Source: Nemertoderma westbladi (lineage: Eukaryota; Animalia; Xenacoelomorpha). From it: DNA of 35,682 nt. Position 1 is the first letter of the stretch, and each line of letters starts with the position of its first letter. Of this stretch, positions 12,001-23,044 are shown in pieces. Below the pieces are notes generated by a model. That model did no database searches. It was given only the letters and a program-made list of their open reading frames with translations, and had not been told where the DNA came from. The stretch covers positions 1 through 35,682 of the forward strand of contig JAUCBJ010008803.1 of assembly GCA_032718475.1 (NCBI GenBank), read 5' to 3'. The position numbers were made by a program, and so were the translations under genes.

Positions 12001-14941
12001 ATTCTCTATTTAGTTTTATTGTCTGTTCTCCTTGACCAGGATGATTCTCTATTTAGTTTTATTGTCTGTTCTCCTTGACCAGGATGCTTCTCTATTTAGT
12101 TTTATTGTCTGTTTTCCTTGGCCAGGATGATTCTCTATTTAGTTTTATTGTCTGTTCTCAGGGCCAGGATGATTCTCTATTTAGTTTTATTGTCTGTTCT
12201 CAGGGCCAGGATGATTCTCTATTTAGTTTTATTGTCTGTTTTCCTTGGCCAGGATGATTCTCTATTTAGTTTTATTGTCTGTTCTCAGGGCCAGGATGAT
12301 TCTCTATTTAGTTTTATTGTATGATCTCCTTGGCCAGGATGATTCTCTATTTAGTTTTATTGTCTGTTCTCCTTGGCCAGGATGATTCTCTATTTAGTTT
12401 TATTGTCTGTTCTCAGGGCCAGGATGATTCTCTATTTAGTTTTATTGTCTGTTCTCCTTGACCAGGATGATTCTCTATTTAGTTTTATTGTCTGTTCTCC
12501 TTGACCAGGATGATTCTCTATTTAGTTTTATTGTCTGTTCTCAGGGCCAGGATGATTCTCTATTTAGTTTTATTGTCTGTTCTCCTTGACCAGGCCAGGA
12601 TGATTCTCTATTTAGTTTTATTGTCTGTTCTCAGGACCAGGATGATTCTCTATTTAGTTTTATTGTCTGTTCTCCTTGACCAGGATGATTCTCTATTTAG
12701 TTTTATTGTCTGTTCTCAGGACCAGGATGATTCTCTATTTAGTTTTATTGTCTGTTCTCCTTGACCAGGATGATTCTCTATTTAGTTTTATTGTCTGTTC
12801 TCCTTGACCAGGATGATTCTCTATTTAGTTTTATTGTCTGTTCTCAGGACCAGGATGATTCTCTATTTAGTTTTATTGTCTGTTCTCAGGGCCAGGATGA
12901 TTCTCTATTTAGTTTTATTGTCTGTTCTCAGGACCAGGATGATTCTCTATTTAGTTTTATTGTCTGTTCTCCTTGACCAGGATGATTCTCTATTTAGTTT
13001 TATTGTCTGTTCTCCTTTACCAGGATGATTCTCTATTTAGTTTTATTGTCTGTTCTCAGGACCAGGATGATTCTCTATTTAGTTTTATTGTCTGCTCTCA
13101 GGGCCAGGATGATTCTCTATTTAGTTTTATTGTCTGTTCTCAGGACCAGGATGATTCTCTATTTAGTTTTATTGTCTGTTCTCCTTTACCAGGATGATTC
13201 TCTATTTAGTTTGATTGTCTGTTCTCCTTTACCAGGATGATTCTCTATTTAGTTTTATTGTCTGTTCTCCTTTACCAGGATGATTCTCTATTTAGTTTTA
13301 TTGTCTGTTCTCAGGACCAGGATGATTCTCTATTTAGTTTTATTGTCTGTTCTCTTTGACCAGGATGATTCTCTATTTAGTTTTATTGTCTGTTCTCAGG
13401 ACCAGGATGATTCTCTATTTAGTTTTATTGTCTGTTCTCCTTTACCAGGATGATTCTCTATTTAGTTTTATTGTCTGTTCTCAGGACCAGGATGATTCTC
13501 TATTTAGTTTTATTGTCTGTTCTCAGGGCCAGGATGATTCTCAATTTAGTTTTATTGTCTGTTCTCCTTGGCCAGGATGATTCTCTATTTAGTTTTATTG
13601 TCTGTTCTCCTTGACCAGGATGATTCTCTATTTAGTTTTATTGTCTGTTCTCCTTGACCAGGATGATTCTCTATTTAGTTTTATTGTCTGTTCTCAGGAC
13701 CAGGATGATTCTCTATTTAGTTTTATTGTCTGTTCTCCTTTACCAGGATGATTCTCTATTTAGTTTTATTGTCTGTTCTCCTTTACCAGGATGATTCTCT
13801 ATTTAGTTTTATTGTCTGTTCTCAGGACCAGGATGATTCTCTATTTAGTTTTATTGTCTGTTCTCCTTTACCAGGATGATTCTCTATTTAGTTTTATTGT
13901 CTGTTCTCCTTTACCAGGATGATTCTCTATTTAGTTTTATTGTCTGTTCTCAGGACCAGGATGATTCTCTATTTAGTTTTATTGTCTGTTCTCCTTTACC
14001 AGGATGATTCTCTATTTAGTTTTATTGTCTGTTCTCAGGACCAGGATGATTCTCTATTTAGTTTTATTGTCTGTTCTCCTTTACCAGGATGATTCTCTAT
14101 TTAGTTTTATTGTCTGTTCTCAGGACCAGGATGATTCTCTATTTAGTTTTATTGTCTGTTCTCAGGGCCAGGATGATTCTCAATTTAGTTTTATTGTCTG
14201 TTCTCCTTGGCCAGGATGATTCTCTATTTAGTTTTATTGTCTGTTCTCCTTGACCAGGATGATTCTCTATTTAGTTTTATTGTCTGTTCTCCTTGACCAG
14301 GATGATTCTCTATTTAGTTTTATTGTCTGTTCTCAGGGCCAGGATGATTCTCTATTTAGTTTTATTGTCTGTTCTCCTTTACCAGGATGATTCTCTATTT
14401 AGTTTTATTGTCTGTTCTCCTTGACCAGGATGATTCTCTATTTAGTTTTATTGTCTGTTCTCCTTGACCAGGATGATTCTCTATTTAGTTTTATTGTCTG
14501 TTCTCCTTGGCCAGGATGATTCTCTATTTAGTTTTATTGTCTGTTCTCCTTGACCAGGATGATTCTCTATTTAGTTTTATTGTCTGTTCTCCTTTACCAG
14601 GATGATTCTCTATTTAGTTTTATTGTCTGTTCTCAGGGCCAGGATGATTCTCTATTTAGTTTTATTGTCTGTTCTCCTTGACCAGGATGATTCTCTATTT
14701 AGTTTTATTGTCTGTTCTCCTTGACCAGGATGATTCTCTATTTAGTTTTATTGTCTGTTCTCAGGGCCAGGATGATTCTCTATTTAGTTTTATTGTCTGT
14801 TCTCCTTGACCAGGATGATTCTCTATTTAGTTTTATTGTCTGTTCTCCTTGACCAGGATGATTCTCTAATTAGTTTTATTGTCTGTTCTCCTTTACCAGG
14901 ATGATTCTCTATTTAGTTTTATTGTCTGTTCTCAGGGCCAG
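1..14941 (+). repeat. Intronic 42/43-bp tandem array (~350 units, runs off the left edge); unit equals the 3' splice site region of the downstream exon
   Basis: Consensus CTCCTTGACCAGGATGATTCTCTATTTAGTTTTATTGTCTGTT (43 bp). Variants differ almost only at one spot: CTCCTTGACC, CTCCTTTACC, CTCCTTGGCC (43 bp) and CTCAGGGCC, CTCAGGACC (42 bp). The last unit reads TGTTCTCAG|GGCCAGGACGAC directly into coding sequence. Confidence 0.98.
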
Positions 14942-15139
14942 GACGACACCGGTAGATTCAGTTGGAACCGTGGCGCCGTTCTCATATTTCTCCCCGGGAT
15001 CCATGAGATCGAGTTTATGAATGAGTTGCTAACTGATATCAGATCCATCTACAAACTCTGGGTACTCCGATTGCATTCTTCCTTGCCGATAGACGAACAA
15101 CGTAAAGTGTTCCGTAAGCCGGATATTGGAAAGAGAAAG
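14936..15139 (+). CDS. TDRD9: Internal exon A of TDRD9/spindle-E DExH-box RNA helicase (RecA2 domain, motif IV region)
   Basis: Translates GQDDTGRFSWNRGAVLIFLPGIHEIEFMNELL...LRLHSSLPIDEQRKVFRKPDIGKRK, with the LIFLPG and LHSS motifs of DEAH/RHA helicases. Acceptor TTCTCAG| at 14935, donor AAG|GTTTGT at 15140, 204 nt, phase 0-0. In-frame alternative acceptors at 14899 and 14941 make the start slightly uncertain. Confidence 0.9.
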
Positions 15140-15365
15140 GTTTGTTATATAGATTGCATGTAGAACATGGATAATTAAACATATCGGTACGGTGCAGAAA
15201 CAACCCCCTTGAACTACGTCCCAGAGGATACTGGTAATCATTTAGATAATTTTTTTAGATTTCCGGTCCATAAATGAATATCTAAATGGAATTATCCAGT
15301 CAGACACCTACACTGGCCTAGTTAGATTTTGATTAGTTGAGTTCGATTATCACAAGTTACGGAAG

Positions 15366-16437
15366 ATGCCATCGCTAGCTGATAAATTCTCGGAAGTACA
15401 TGCCCTCACAGTCACTTCAATAAGGAATGTTAAATCGAAGAAAAGTATGTCTGTCGAGGACGAGAAAAATCTGTTAGAATCAATCGAAGAACTCAACACT
15501 TTTGGCATCCCTTAGCGATCTCGCTGAATCGAGAGAATAAACTATTGAGAGTAAAAACACTGTAATACAGGTTAAAGATGAACTCTTGGGACTAACACGG
15601 CAGGGAAAAGAGGATTTAGGACGCGGATCGTGAACCTGGGATTACTGGATGTTCTACTCGAGGTAGACAGGATAAGCAGGCTGGGAGGACTGCTTCACGC
15701 AACTTAACCCAACAGCGACGAGGTTGTTCCGGTTCCGCAAACTGGGAGGACTGCTTCACGCAACTTAACCCAACAGCGACGAGGTTGTTCCGGTTCCGCA
15801 AACTGGGAGGACTGCTTCACGCAACTTAACCCAACAGCGACGAGGTTGTTCCGGTTCCGCAAACTCAAGGGAACAGTCGGTGGACTCCCTCCTAGCTCCA
15901 AGATATCCTCCTACCAGTACCCATGCAGGCTACCATGCAGATCATCGAGAGGATGCAGAAACTCCGGCATTGCAGGATGGTCTCAGTAAGGGAAACGAGT
16001 GGAAAACGGTTCCGGAACGGCGGAAGCCACAGCGCTCAACTGCAACGGTTGTTATAAGAATAGGAACTGGCCTTGTTGTCGCCCCAAGGACAGATCGCGT
16101 ACAACTGGCGCATATTTACGTTGGCCGCTTCGCAAAAAATGTCACATCAAATGACGTTAAAGATTATCTCACAACGGAAAAACTTCCGTTTACTGATGTC
16201 ATCCGCATCAATAGCGAACACGACTCTGAATCACATGCTTTCCATATCACCTGCCTGCAAGATGATCGTGAGAAACTGATAGATCCCAACAACTTGGAAG
16301 ATGGGTTACTCATCCAGAACTACCTTCTATCTGAACAGGAACGTACAGCTCTAGGGTTGAAACCAAGATTCCGGAATGGATCAGACTTGGGAAACAGACC
16401 AAACCCTACCAGACCCAACATCCAAGATAATAATTGA
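15366..16437 (+). pseudogene. LINE ORF1 (disrupted N-terminal part; open C-terminal 15880-16437 with RRM-like domain)
   Basis: ATG at 15366 opens MPSLADKFSEVHAL...EDEKNLLESIEELN (coiled-coil-like), then the frame breaks. C-terminal HIYVGRFAKNVTSNDVKDYL...AFHIT...KLIDP resembles RRM-like LINE ORF1 domains. It lies directly upstream of the APE domain. Confidence 0.6.
15681..15863 (+). repeat. Three perfect 61-bp tandem copies within the LINE ORF1 region
   Basis: CTGGGAGGACTGCTTCACGCAACTTAACCCAACAGCGACGAGGTTGTTCCGGTTCCGCAAA at 15681, 15742 and 15803. Confidence 0.95.
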
Positions 16438-18541
16438 CAACAAAATAATTTAGCTTCCGAGCTACAAACAACTAAGGACACTATTATCACACTGTGGAAC
16501 ATCGAAAGCTTTAACTATGTTCGAGAAAATTTAACAGACGATGAACTCTATATTAACAGCGATATCCTACTTTTTAATGAAACATTTTTAACCGCTTCGA
16601 CTGCTCAAAATCAGGGCTACTACACCTATGTGGAACCAGCACAACAATCACAGAATGGCAGGCCATCGGGTGGATTGATGACCCTAATACGACCACATCT
16701 AGACCCTTCTCTCATTGCAAAAACAAATAATTATATTATAAAAATAATTATATACGACTTTGTGGTATATTCTTTTATTTTACTTTACACCTGAAACAAC
16801 TGTCGCCGAAATAGTGCTCACTATCTCGGAAGCACTAACTCACACCGAACAAGGTAATATTATAATCATTGCAGGGGACTTTAATTGCAGGATAGACAAA
16901 GGAACCCTGGGCGACCGTCTTACATAAAGCATGTCGGAAGTGGGATTCGTGAGAGTCGACTACTACGAAAAATCGTCAAAGACTTACATATCGCCGCAAG
17001 GAGAAAGTGCAATAGATCTATTTTTCGTAAAATACCCAAAGTCGTTCCCAGAAACGTTAACCTCGGCATTTGTAGTAAACCACCCTATACGAAAACACCA
17101 ACGGGTTACATTGACAATGAATTCTAAAGTTACTCCACCATGTGAGATTGCCCCGAGAAGCCAGCCACACAGCAGGAATCTAAACCTTGAAGTTCTTCAA
17201 CATCATCCGTCTCTTGCGTCTATTGAACAGCTTGGAGCTCAAAGTGATGTTAATCTTCCAACAAATAATCTAAATGTTGCTCTACTAGAATCTACAATCC
17301 AGCGCTACAACGTTAAACAACATGGTAAGAAATGGTTTGACTCTGAGTGCCAGTCTATGAAACTCGAAGTTTTGGAAGCGATGAAACATCGAAATTACTC
17401 CAAGGGGAATCTTCTGCATTTTGGACCCTCCGACGGCGGTATAAACGACTTCTCAAAAGAAAAAGACGGGCATACGAAGAATCGCAGTAGTTAGACCAAA
17501 TTAATGACTCTGAAATTGATCCCTGGACTCTATTTAGCGTTAAAAAAGGCAATAAACTCTACTCGCACTTCCAGACTCTTCTTGGGGAGGAGAATAAACC
17601 TTTAGGCTGCCCAGATGCCCCGGAAATCAGTGAAGGAGAACGACTAACTACGGAATGGTATAATAATCCAATTGAAAATGAAGAAATAATTGAGACGGTT
17701 TACCATGCTTCCACCAAAATAGCATCCGGACTCGATGGGGTCTTCTATGAACACTTAAAGCAGGCTGTTCCGTTCATACTAGTTTATCTTACTATTTAAT
17801 CTCTGTTTGAATACCGGCAAGATTCCCGAAGCTTGGCGAACTAGTGTAATCAAGGTTATTTACAAGGGAAAAGGAAAAATTACTGATCCAGACAACTACC
17901 GGGGAATTGCGTTAATTTCGGTAATGTTAAAAGTTCTCACGTCCATCATAAGTAAACGCGTTCGATCGTTTCTCCATAAAGAAATCCCACTGGAACAATT
18001 CGGCTTTCAAGCTGGAAAATCGAGAATACAAGCGATAAACAAACTTTTAATCGACATCAGCGACACGATACACTCAGACAACCATAGGGAACGAGTAGTC
18101 TATGCTCTATTTATAGATTTTAGAAAAGCTTTCGACATGGTCAGCCGTTCCAAGCTCCTTTGCAAAATTTACAAGCTAGGAATTAAAGGGAAAACGTTTG
18201 TCTTGATTAAGAAATCTGTTTAATAATTCTATTAGAATTTTCGACGGTTTGCGTTTATCAGAACCCATTGGACAACTACGAGGAATATTACAGGGAGATT
18301 GTTTATCGCCTCTTCTTTTCATCCTCTTTATAGCTGACCTAGCTACGGCGCTAAGAAATGTCTGCCACCTGATCAAATTTATATTCTTTGCCGACGATTT
18401 GGTAATCTATTCGCGGAATAGGGAAACTATTCAACTACATTGTATGCTTAAACACTCTCCACCAATGGTGGAGATCAATGGTTGAATTAAATGGTATGGA
18501 GTTAAATATTATTAAAACGAAAATAGTCAAGTTTAGAAAAG
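16438..18541 (+). pseudogene. Host LINE ORF2, 5' part (AP endonuclease + reverse transcriptase), frameshifted
   Basis: APE and RT motifs in the correct order over ORF pieces 16438-16794, 16931-17494, 17807-18223 and 18249-18485. Ends at KTKIVKFRK where the nested insertion begins. Confidence 0.9.
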
Positions 18542-19362
18542 TTCTACCTGTCAGACAGAGGTCGAACTGTAGTCATTAGCAAATCGCAGTCTACTGTACA
18601 AGAGATTACCTGTGGTGTACCGCAAGGTAGTATATTAGGTCCTCTGCTTTTTGTATGCTATGTAAATGATATGATAAGTAGTATAGATCCCGATTTTAAA
18701 CTCATTTTATATGCCGACGACAGTGCTCTTATTTTCTCTCATAAAGATCCTATCCATATTTCCCAAAAGTTAAGTGCAGTTCTAGAATCCTGTAATGAGT
18801 GGTTGGTTGATAATAAGCTATCCATTCACTACGGTAAGACTGAAAGTATTTTGTTTGGTTCCAAAAGAAAGTTAAAGAAGGTAACTAAGTTTGAAGTCAC
18901 TAGTAATGGACATAAGATTGAAAATAAAAAGGAAGTTAAATATTTAGGCGCCACATTGGATAACTGCTTATCAGGAGAAAGTACAGTGAAAAATATTTTC
19001 TCGAAAGTTAACAGTAGGCTTAGGTTTCTATACAGAAATGAAAATAGTTTAAACACCGACTCCCGCAAGTTACTTTGCTCTTCTTTAATACAGTGTCACA
19101 TGGACTATGCATGCCCTTCTTGGTATGAAGGCTTAACCAAACAGCTTAAATGTAAATTACAAGTAGCTCAGAATAAAGTAGTACGATTTATTAAAGACTA
19201 CAAACCTAGGCACCACCTAACTCCAGATGACTTTTCTGAATCTGGACTACTTAACTTAGATAGTAGAGTTAAGCAGCTACGACTTAACCATGTGCATAAA
19301 GTGTATAATGGTAAATGTCCCAATTACTAAAACAAAAATTCAACAGAGTTCGCGATACACAC
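18542..19362 (+). mobile_element. Nested fragment of a second LINE family (CR1/L2-group-like RT C-terminal half)
   Basis: A second, non-identical set of RT motifs: ITCGVPQGSILGPLLFVCYVND, LYADDS, NKLSIHYGKT, KYLGATLD, LIQCHMDYACPSW, KLQVAQNKVVRFI. These repeat motifs already present in the host at about 18280-18410. Confidence 0.88.
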
Positions 19363-20288
<926 letters not shown>

Positions 20289-20320
20289 AAGTAGTTTGCT
20301 TGCTGACATCCGATAGAAAT

Positions 20321-20815
20321 AAGATAAATAAAACGATATGTTAGCCAGTTTTCATTTATTATCTATACCTATAAAAATCAAATTCTGTCTGTCTCTCTCT
20401 GTGTTCGAACTCCTCCAAAAACGGGCGGAGGGATTGTGCTGGGACTTGACATGTGTGTATAACTTTAACCAGCGGTCGTTATAGGCCACTTTTCGAAAAG
20501 TATAATTCACTTTCGGTACCGGTACTGGGTACCGGTACGTCAGTAGGCCTATGCCGGTAGCGGGAAATACAGGGTATCATGCCTCGGGTATTGCCTGCTA
20601 GTATTATATAAAAAATGGTTTAATTATGTTTATTAGATATTACAGATAAATAAATAATATATATATACAGTAAAAATAGTAAAAATACAGTAAAAAAGGT
20701 TTTTTACTGTATATATATATTATTTATTTATCTGTAATATCTAATAAACATAATTAAACCATTTTTATATAATATAATAAATGAAAACTGGCTAACATAT
20801 CGTTTTATTTATCTT
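20321..20815. repeat. AT-rich foldback inverted repeat (arms about 115 bp), left arm interrupted by a Helitron
   Basis: 20321-20361 plus 20602-20676 is the reverse complement of 20701-20815. The centre is TACAGTAAAAAA-GG-TTTTTTACTGTA at 20686-20711. Confidence 0.93.
20362..20601 (+). mobile_element. Non-autonomous Helitron (240 bp)
   Basis: Starts TCTATACCTATAAAA and ends CTAG, inserted between A and T with no target duplication. There is an imperfect GC-rich hairpin just before the 3' end. The other palindrome arm preserves the empty site CATTTATTA|TATTATATA. Confidence 0.85.
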
Positions 20816-21332
20816 TATTAATCTACAATACATTGTCAATTTCATATATTTTTAACATTGATTGATTTTTATCATGAATCTGAATATTATATTTATACTT
20901 TTAACATTTCCGACGGTTCGGTCTAATTTTAACAGGTATATAATTCACAAGTTACAGGGCGATCCATAGTCTTGGACACCCTGTGTATGTATGTGTTATA
21001 TTATTGTGCTATTATATTACTTATAATTAATTAATATAGTTTACCCCGATCTGGGGTGTTTATTCTAAAAAAAATGTAATTAAGATTGTATTATTATAGT
21101 CACAGTATTGAAACCATTTTTTTAAACTACCAGTACCTGTATTAGCATAATATAATTGTTACACTTCCAAGTTTCAGTTTAATGGCATTCCAATTCAAAC
21201 TGTTAGAAATACATCGCAAATATGAATTTGTAGTTATGGTTTTCATATCAGTATAGATAGTCCTGACCACTAAACTTATCCTAAAGAAACTGTTTATCTC
21301 GGTTGGTTTACGGCTATTTATCGTCTCTCTAG

Positions 21333-21532
21333 GTTATTATCTCCAGCAACGTGGCCGAGAGTTCCATCACAGTTGCCGACATCGTTTACGTTATCGATTT
21401 CTGTTTAACTAAAGAGATGAGTTGCGACCCCGAGACCAACTTCCAGTGTCTCAAACTGTCCTGGGCTAGTAAAGCGAACGCCACCCAGCGGAAGGGTAGG
21501 GCTGGTCGGGTCGCATGTGGCAAGGTTTATAG
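21333..21532 (+). CDS. TDRD9: Internal exon B of TDRD9/spindle-E (helicase motifs V and VI)
   Basis: Translates VIISSNVAESSITVADIVYVIDFCLTKEMSCDPETNFQCLKLSWASKANATQRKGRAGRVACGKVYR. AESSxTV, VIDFCLT and LSWASK are characteristic of TDRD9/Spn-E rather than other DHX proteins. Acceptor TCTCTCTAG| at 21332, donor TAG|GTAGGT at 21533, 200 nt, phase 0-2. Confidence 0.95.
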
Positions 21533-22777
21533 GTAGGTGTGTACGCCATCTAGCGGAAGGGTAGGGCTGGTTGGGTCGCATGTGGCAAGGTTTATAGGTA
21601 GGTGTGTACGCCATCTAGCGGAAGGGTAGGGCTGGTTGGGTCGCATGTGGCAAGGTTTATAGGTAGGTGTGTACGCCATCTAGCGGAAGGGTAGGGCTGG
21701 TCGGGTCGCATGTAGCAAGGTTTATAGGTAGGTGTGTACGCCATCTAGCGGAAGGGTAGGGCTGGTCGGGTCGCATGTGGCAAGGTTTATAGGTCGGTGT
21801 GTACACCATCTAGCGGTAGCAAGGTTTATAGGTAGGTGTGTACGCCATCTAGCGGTAGCAAGGTTTATAGGTAGGTGTGTACGCCATCTAGCGGTAGCAA
21901 GGTTTATAGGTAGGTGTGTACGCCATCTAGCGGTAGCAAGGTTTCTAGGTAGGTGTGTACGCCATCTAGCGGTAGCAAGGTTTCTAGGTAGGTGTGTACG
22001 CCATCTAGCGGTAGCAAGGTTTCTAGGTAGGTGTGTACGCCATCTAGCGGTGGAAAGGTTTATAGGTAGGTGTGTACGCCATCCAGCGGAAGGGTAGGGC
22101 TGGTCGGGTCGCATGTGGCAAGGTTTATAGGTAGGTGTGTTCGCCATCTAGCGGAAGGGTAGGGCTGGTAGGGTCGCATATGGCAAGGTTTATAGGTGGG
22201 TGTGTATGTACGCCATCTAGCGGTAGCAAAGTTTATAGGTAGGTGTCTACGCCATCTAGCGGTAGCAAGGTTTATAGGTAGGTGTATACGCCATCTAGCG
22301 GTAGCAAGGTGTAAAGGTAGGTGTGTACACCATCTAGCGGTAGCAAGGTTTATAGGTATGTGTGTACGCCATCTAGCGGTAGCAAGGTTTATAGGTAGGT
22401 GTGTACGCCATCTAGCGGTAGCAAGGTGTAAACGTAGGTGTGTACACCATCTAGCGGTAGCAAGGTTTATAGGTAGGTGTGTACGCCATCTAGCGGTAGC
22501 AATGTTTATAGGTAGGTGTGTACGCCATCTAGCGGTAGCAAGGTTTATAGGTGGGTGTGTGTGTACGCCATCTAGCGGTAGCAAGGTTTATAGGTATGTG
22601 TGTACGCCATCTAGCGGTAGCAAGGTTTATAGGTGGGTGTGTGTGTACGCCATCTAGCGGTAGCAAGGTTTATAGGTAGGTGTGTACGCCATCTGGCGGT
22701 AGCAAGGTTTATAGGTAGGTGTGTACGCCATCTGGCGGTAGCAAGGTTTATAGGTAGGTGTGTACGCCATCTAGCGG
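21478..22777 (+). repeat. 65-bp / 39-bp tandem array derived from the 3' end of exon B and its splice donor (~28 units)
   Basis: The 65-bp unit is the last 55 nt of the exon plus GTAGGTGTGT (five units from 21478, two more at about 22076-22210). The 39-bp unit ACGCCATCTAGCGGTAGCAAGGTTTATAGGTAGGTGTGT is an internal 26-bp deletion derivative. Confidence 0.97.
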
Positions 22778-22934
22778 ACTCTACGTTGCCTTTCGTACGT
22801 CAGAATCCGCTAACATAAACAAAAAACTATTTCATTGAAAATTTACTTCATTATTTTTGTGACGTGTTGTTTCAGGGGTTTGGGGTGTGGTGTGAAATCC
22901 GCGACAGTTTTACCACATAGGTTTATGATTTCAG

Positions 22935-23044
22935 GTTAGTGCCGCGACAGTTTTACCACGGAGTTTTATCAGAGTTTGCTACCCCAGAGATGCAGCGAGC
23001 TGCTTTGTCCAACGTTGTCCTGAAGACAAAGGAACTGGATATTG
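22935..23044 (+). CDS. TDRD9: Internal exon C of TDRD9/spindle-E (end of RecA2 into winged-helix/HA2 region)
   Basis: Not in the ORF track. AG from exon B plus G completes Arg, then LVPRQFYHGVLSEFATPEMQRAALSNVVLKTKELDI(G), matching the YRL...PEMxR..L...LKxKxLDxG pattern of the family. Acceptor ATTTCAG| at 22934, donor G|GTGAGT at 23045, 110 nt, phase 2-1. Confidence 0.92.

Noticed and set aside
263-14219. Many 60-90 aa ORFs (MTRMILYLVLLS..., QDDSLFSFIVCS)
   Set aside because: They are by-products of translating the 42/43-bp repeat and have no independent coding evidence.
1-14935. CRISPR array interpretation of the long arrays (also 25250-35682)
   Set aside because: Units are head-to-tail with no unique spacers, there are no cas genes, and the context is a spliced eukaryotic gene.
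21294-21343. TTATCTC repeated at 43-bp spacing across the exon B acceptor
   Set aside because: It fits the pattern of the other junctions, but 7 bp is too short to distinguish from chance.
21405-22818. ORFs of 60-174 aa on both strands
   Set aside because: They are open frames of the 39-bp (13-codon) repeat or antisense to exon B.
22931-22940. CAG|GTTAGT at the exon C acceptor as a recursive splice site
   Set aside because: The sequence is explained by the conserved Arg-Leu-Val codons, and skipping the 110-nt exon would break the frame; there is no other support.
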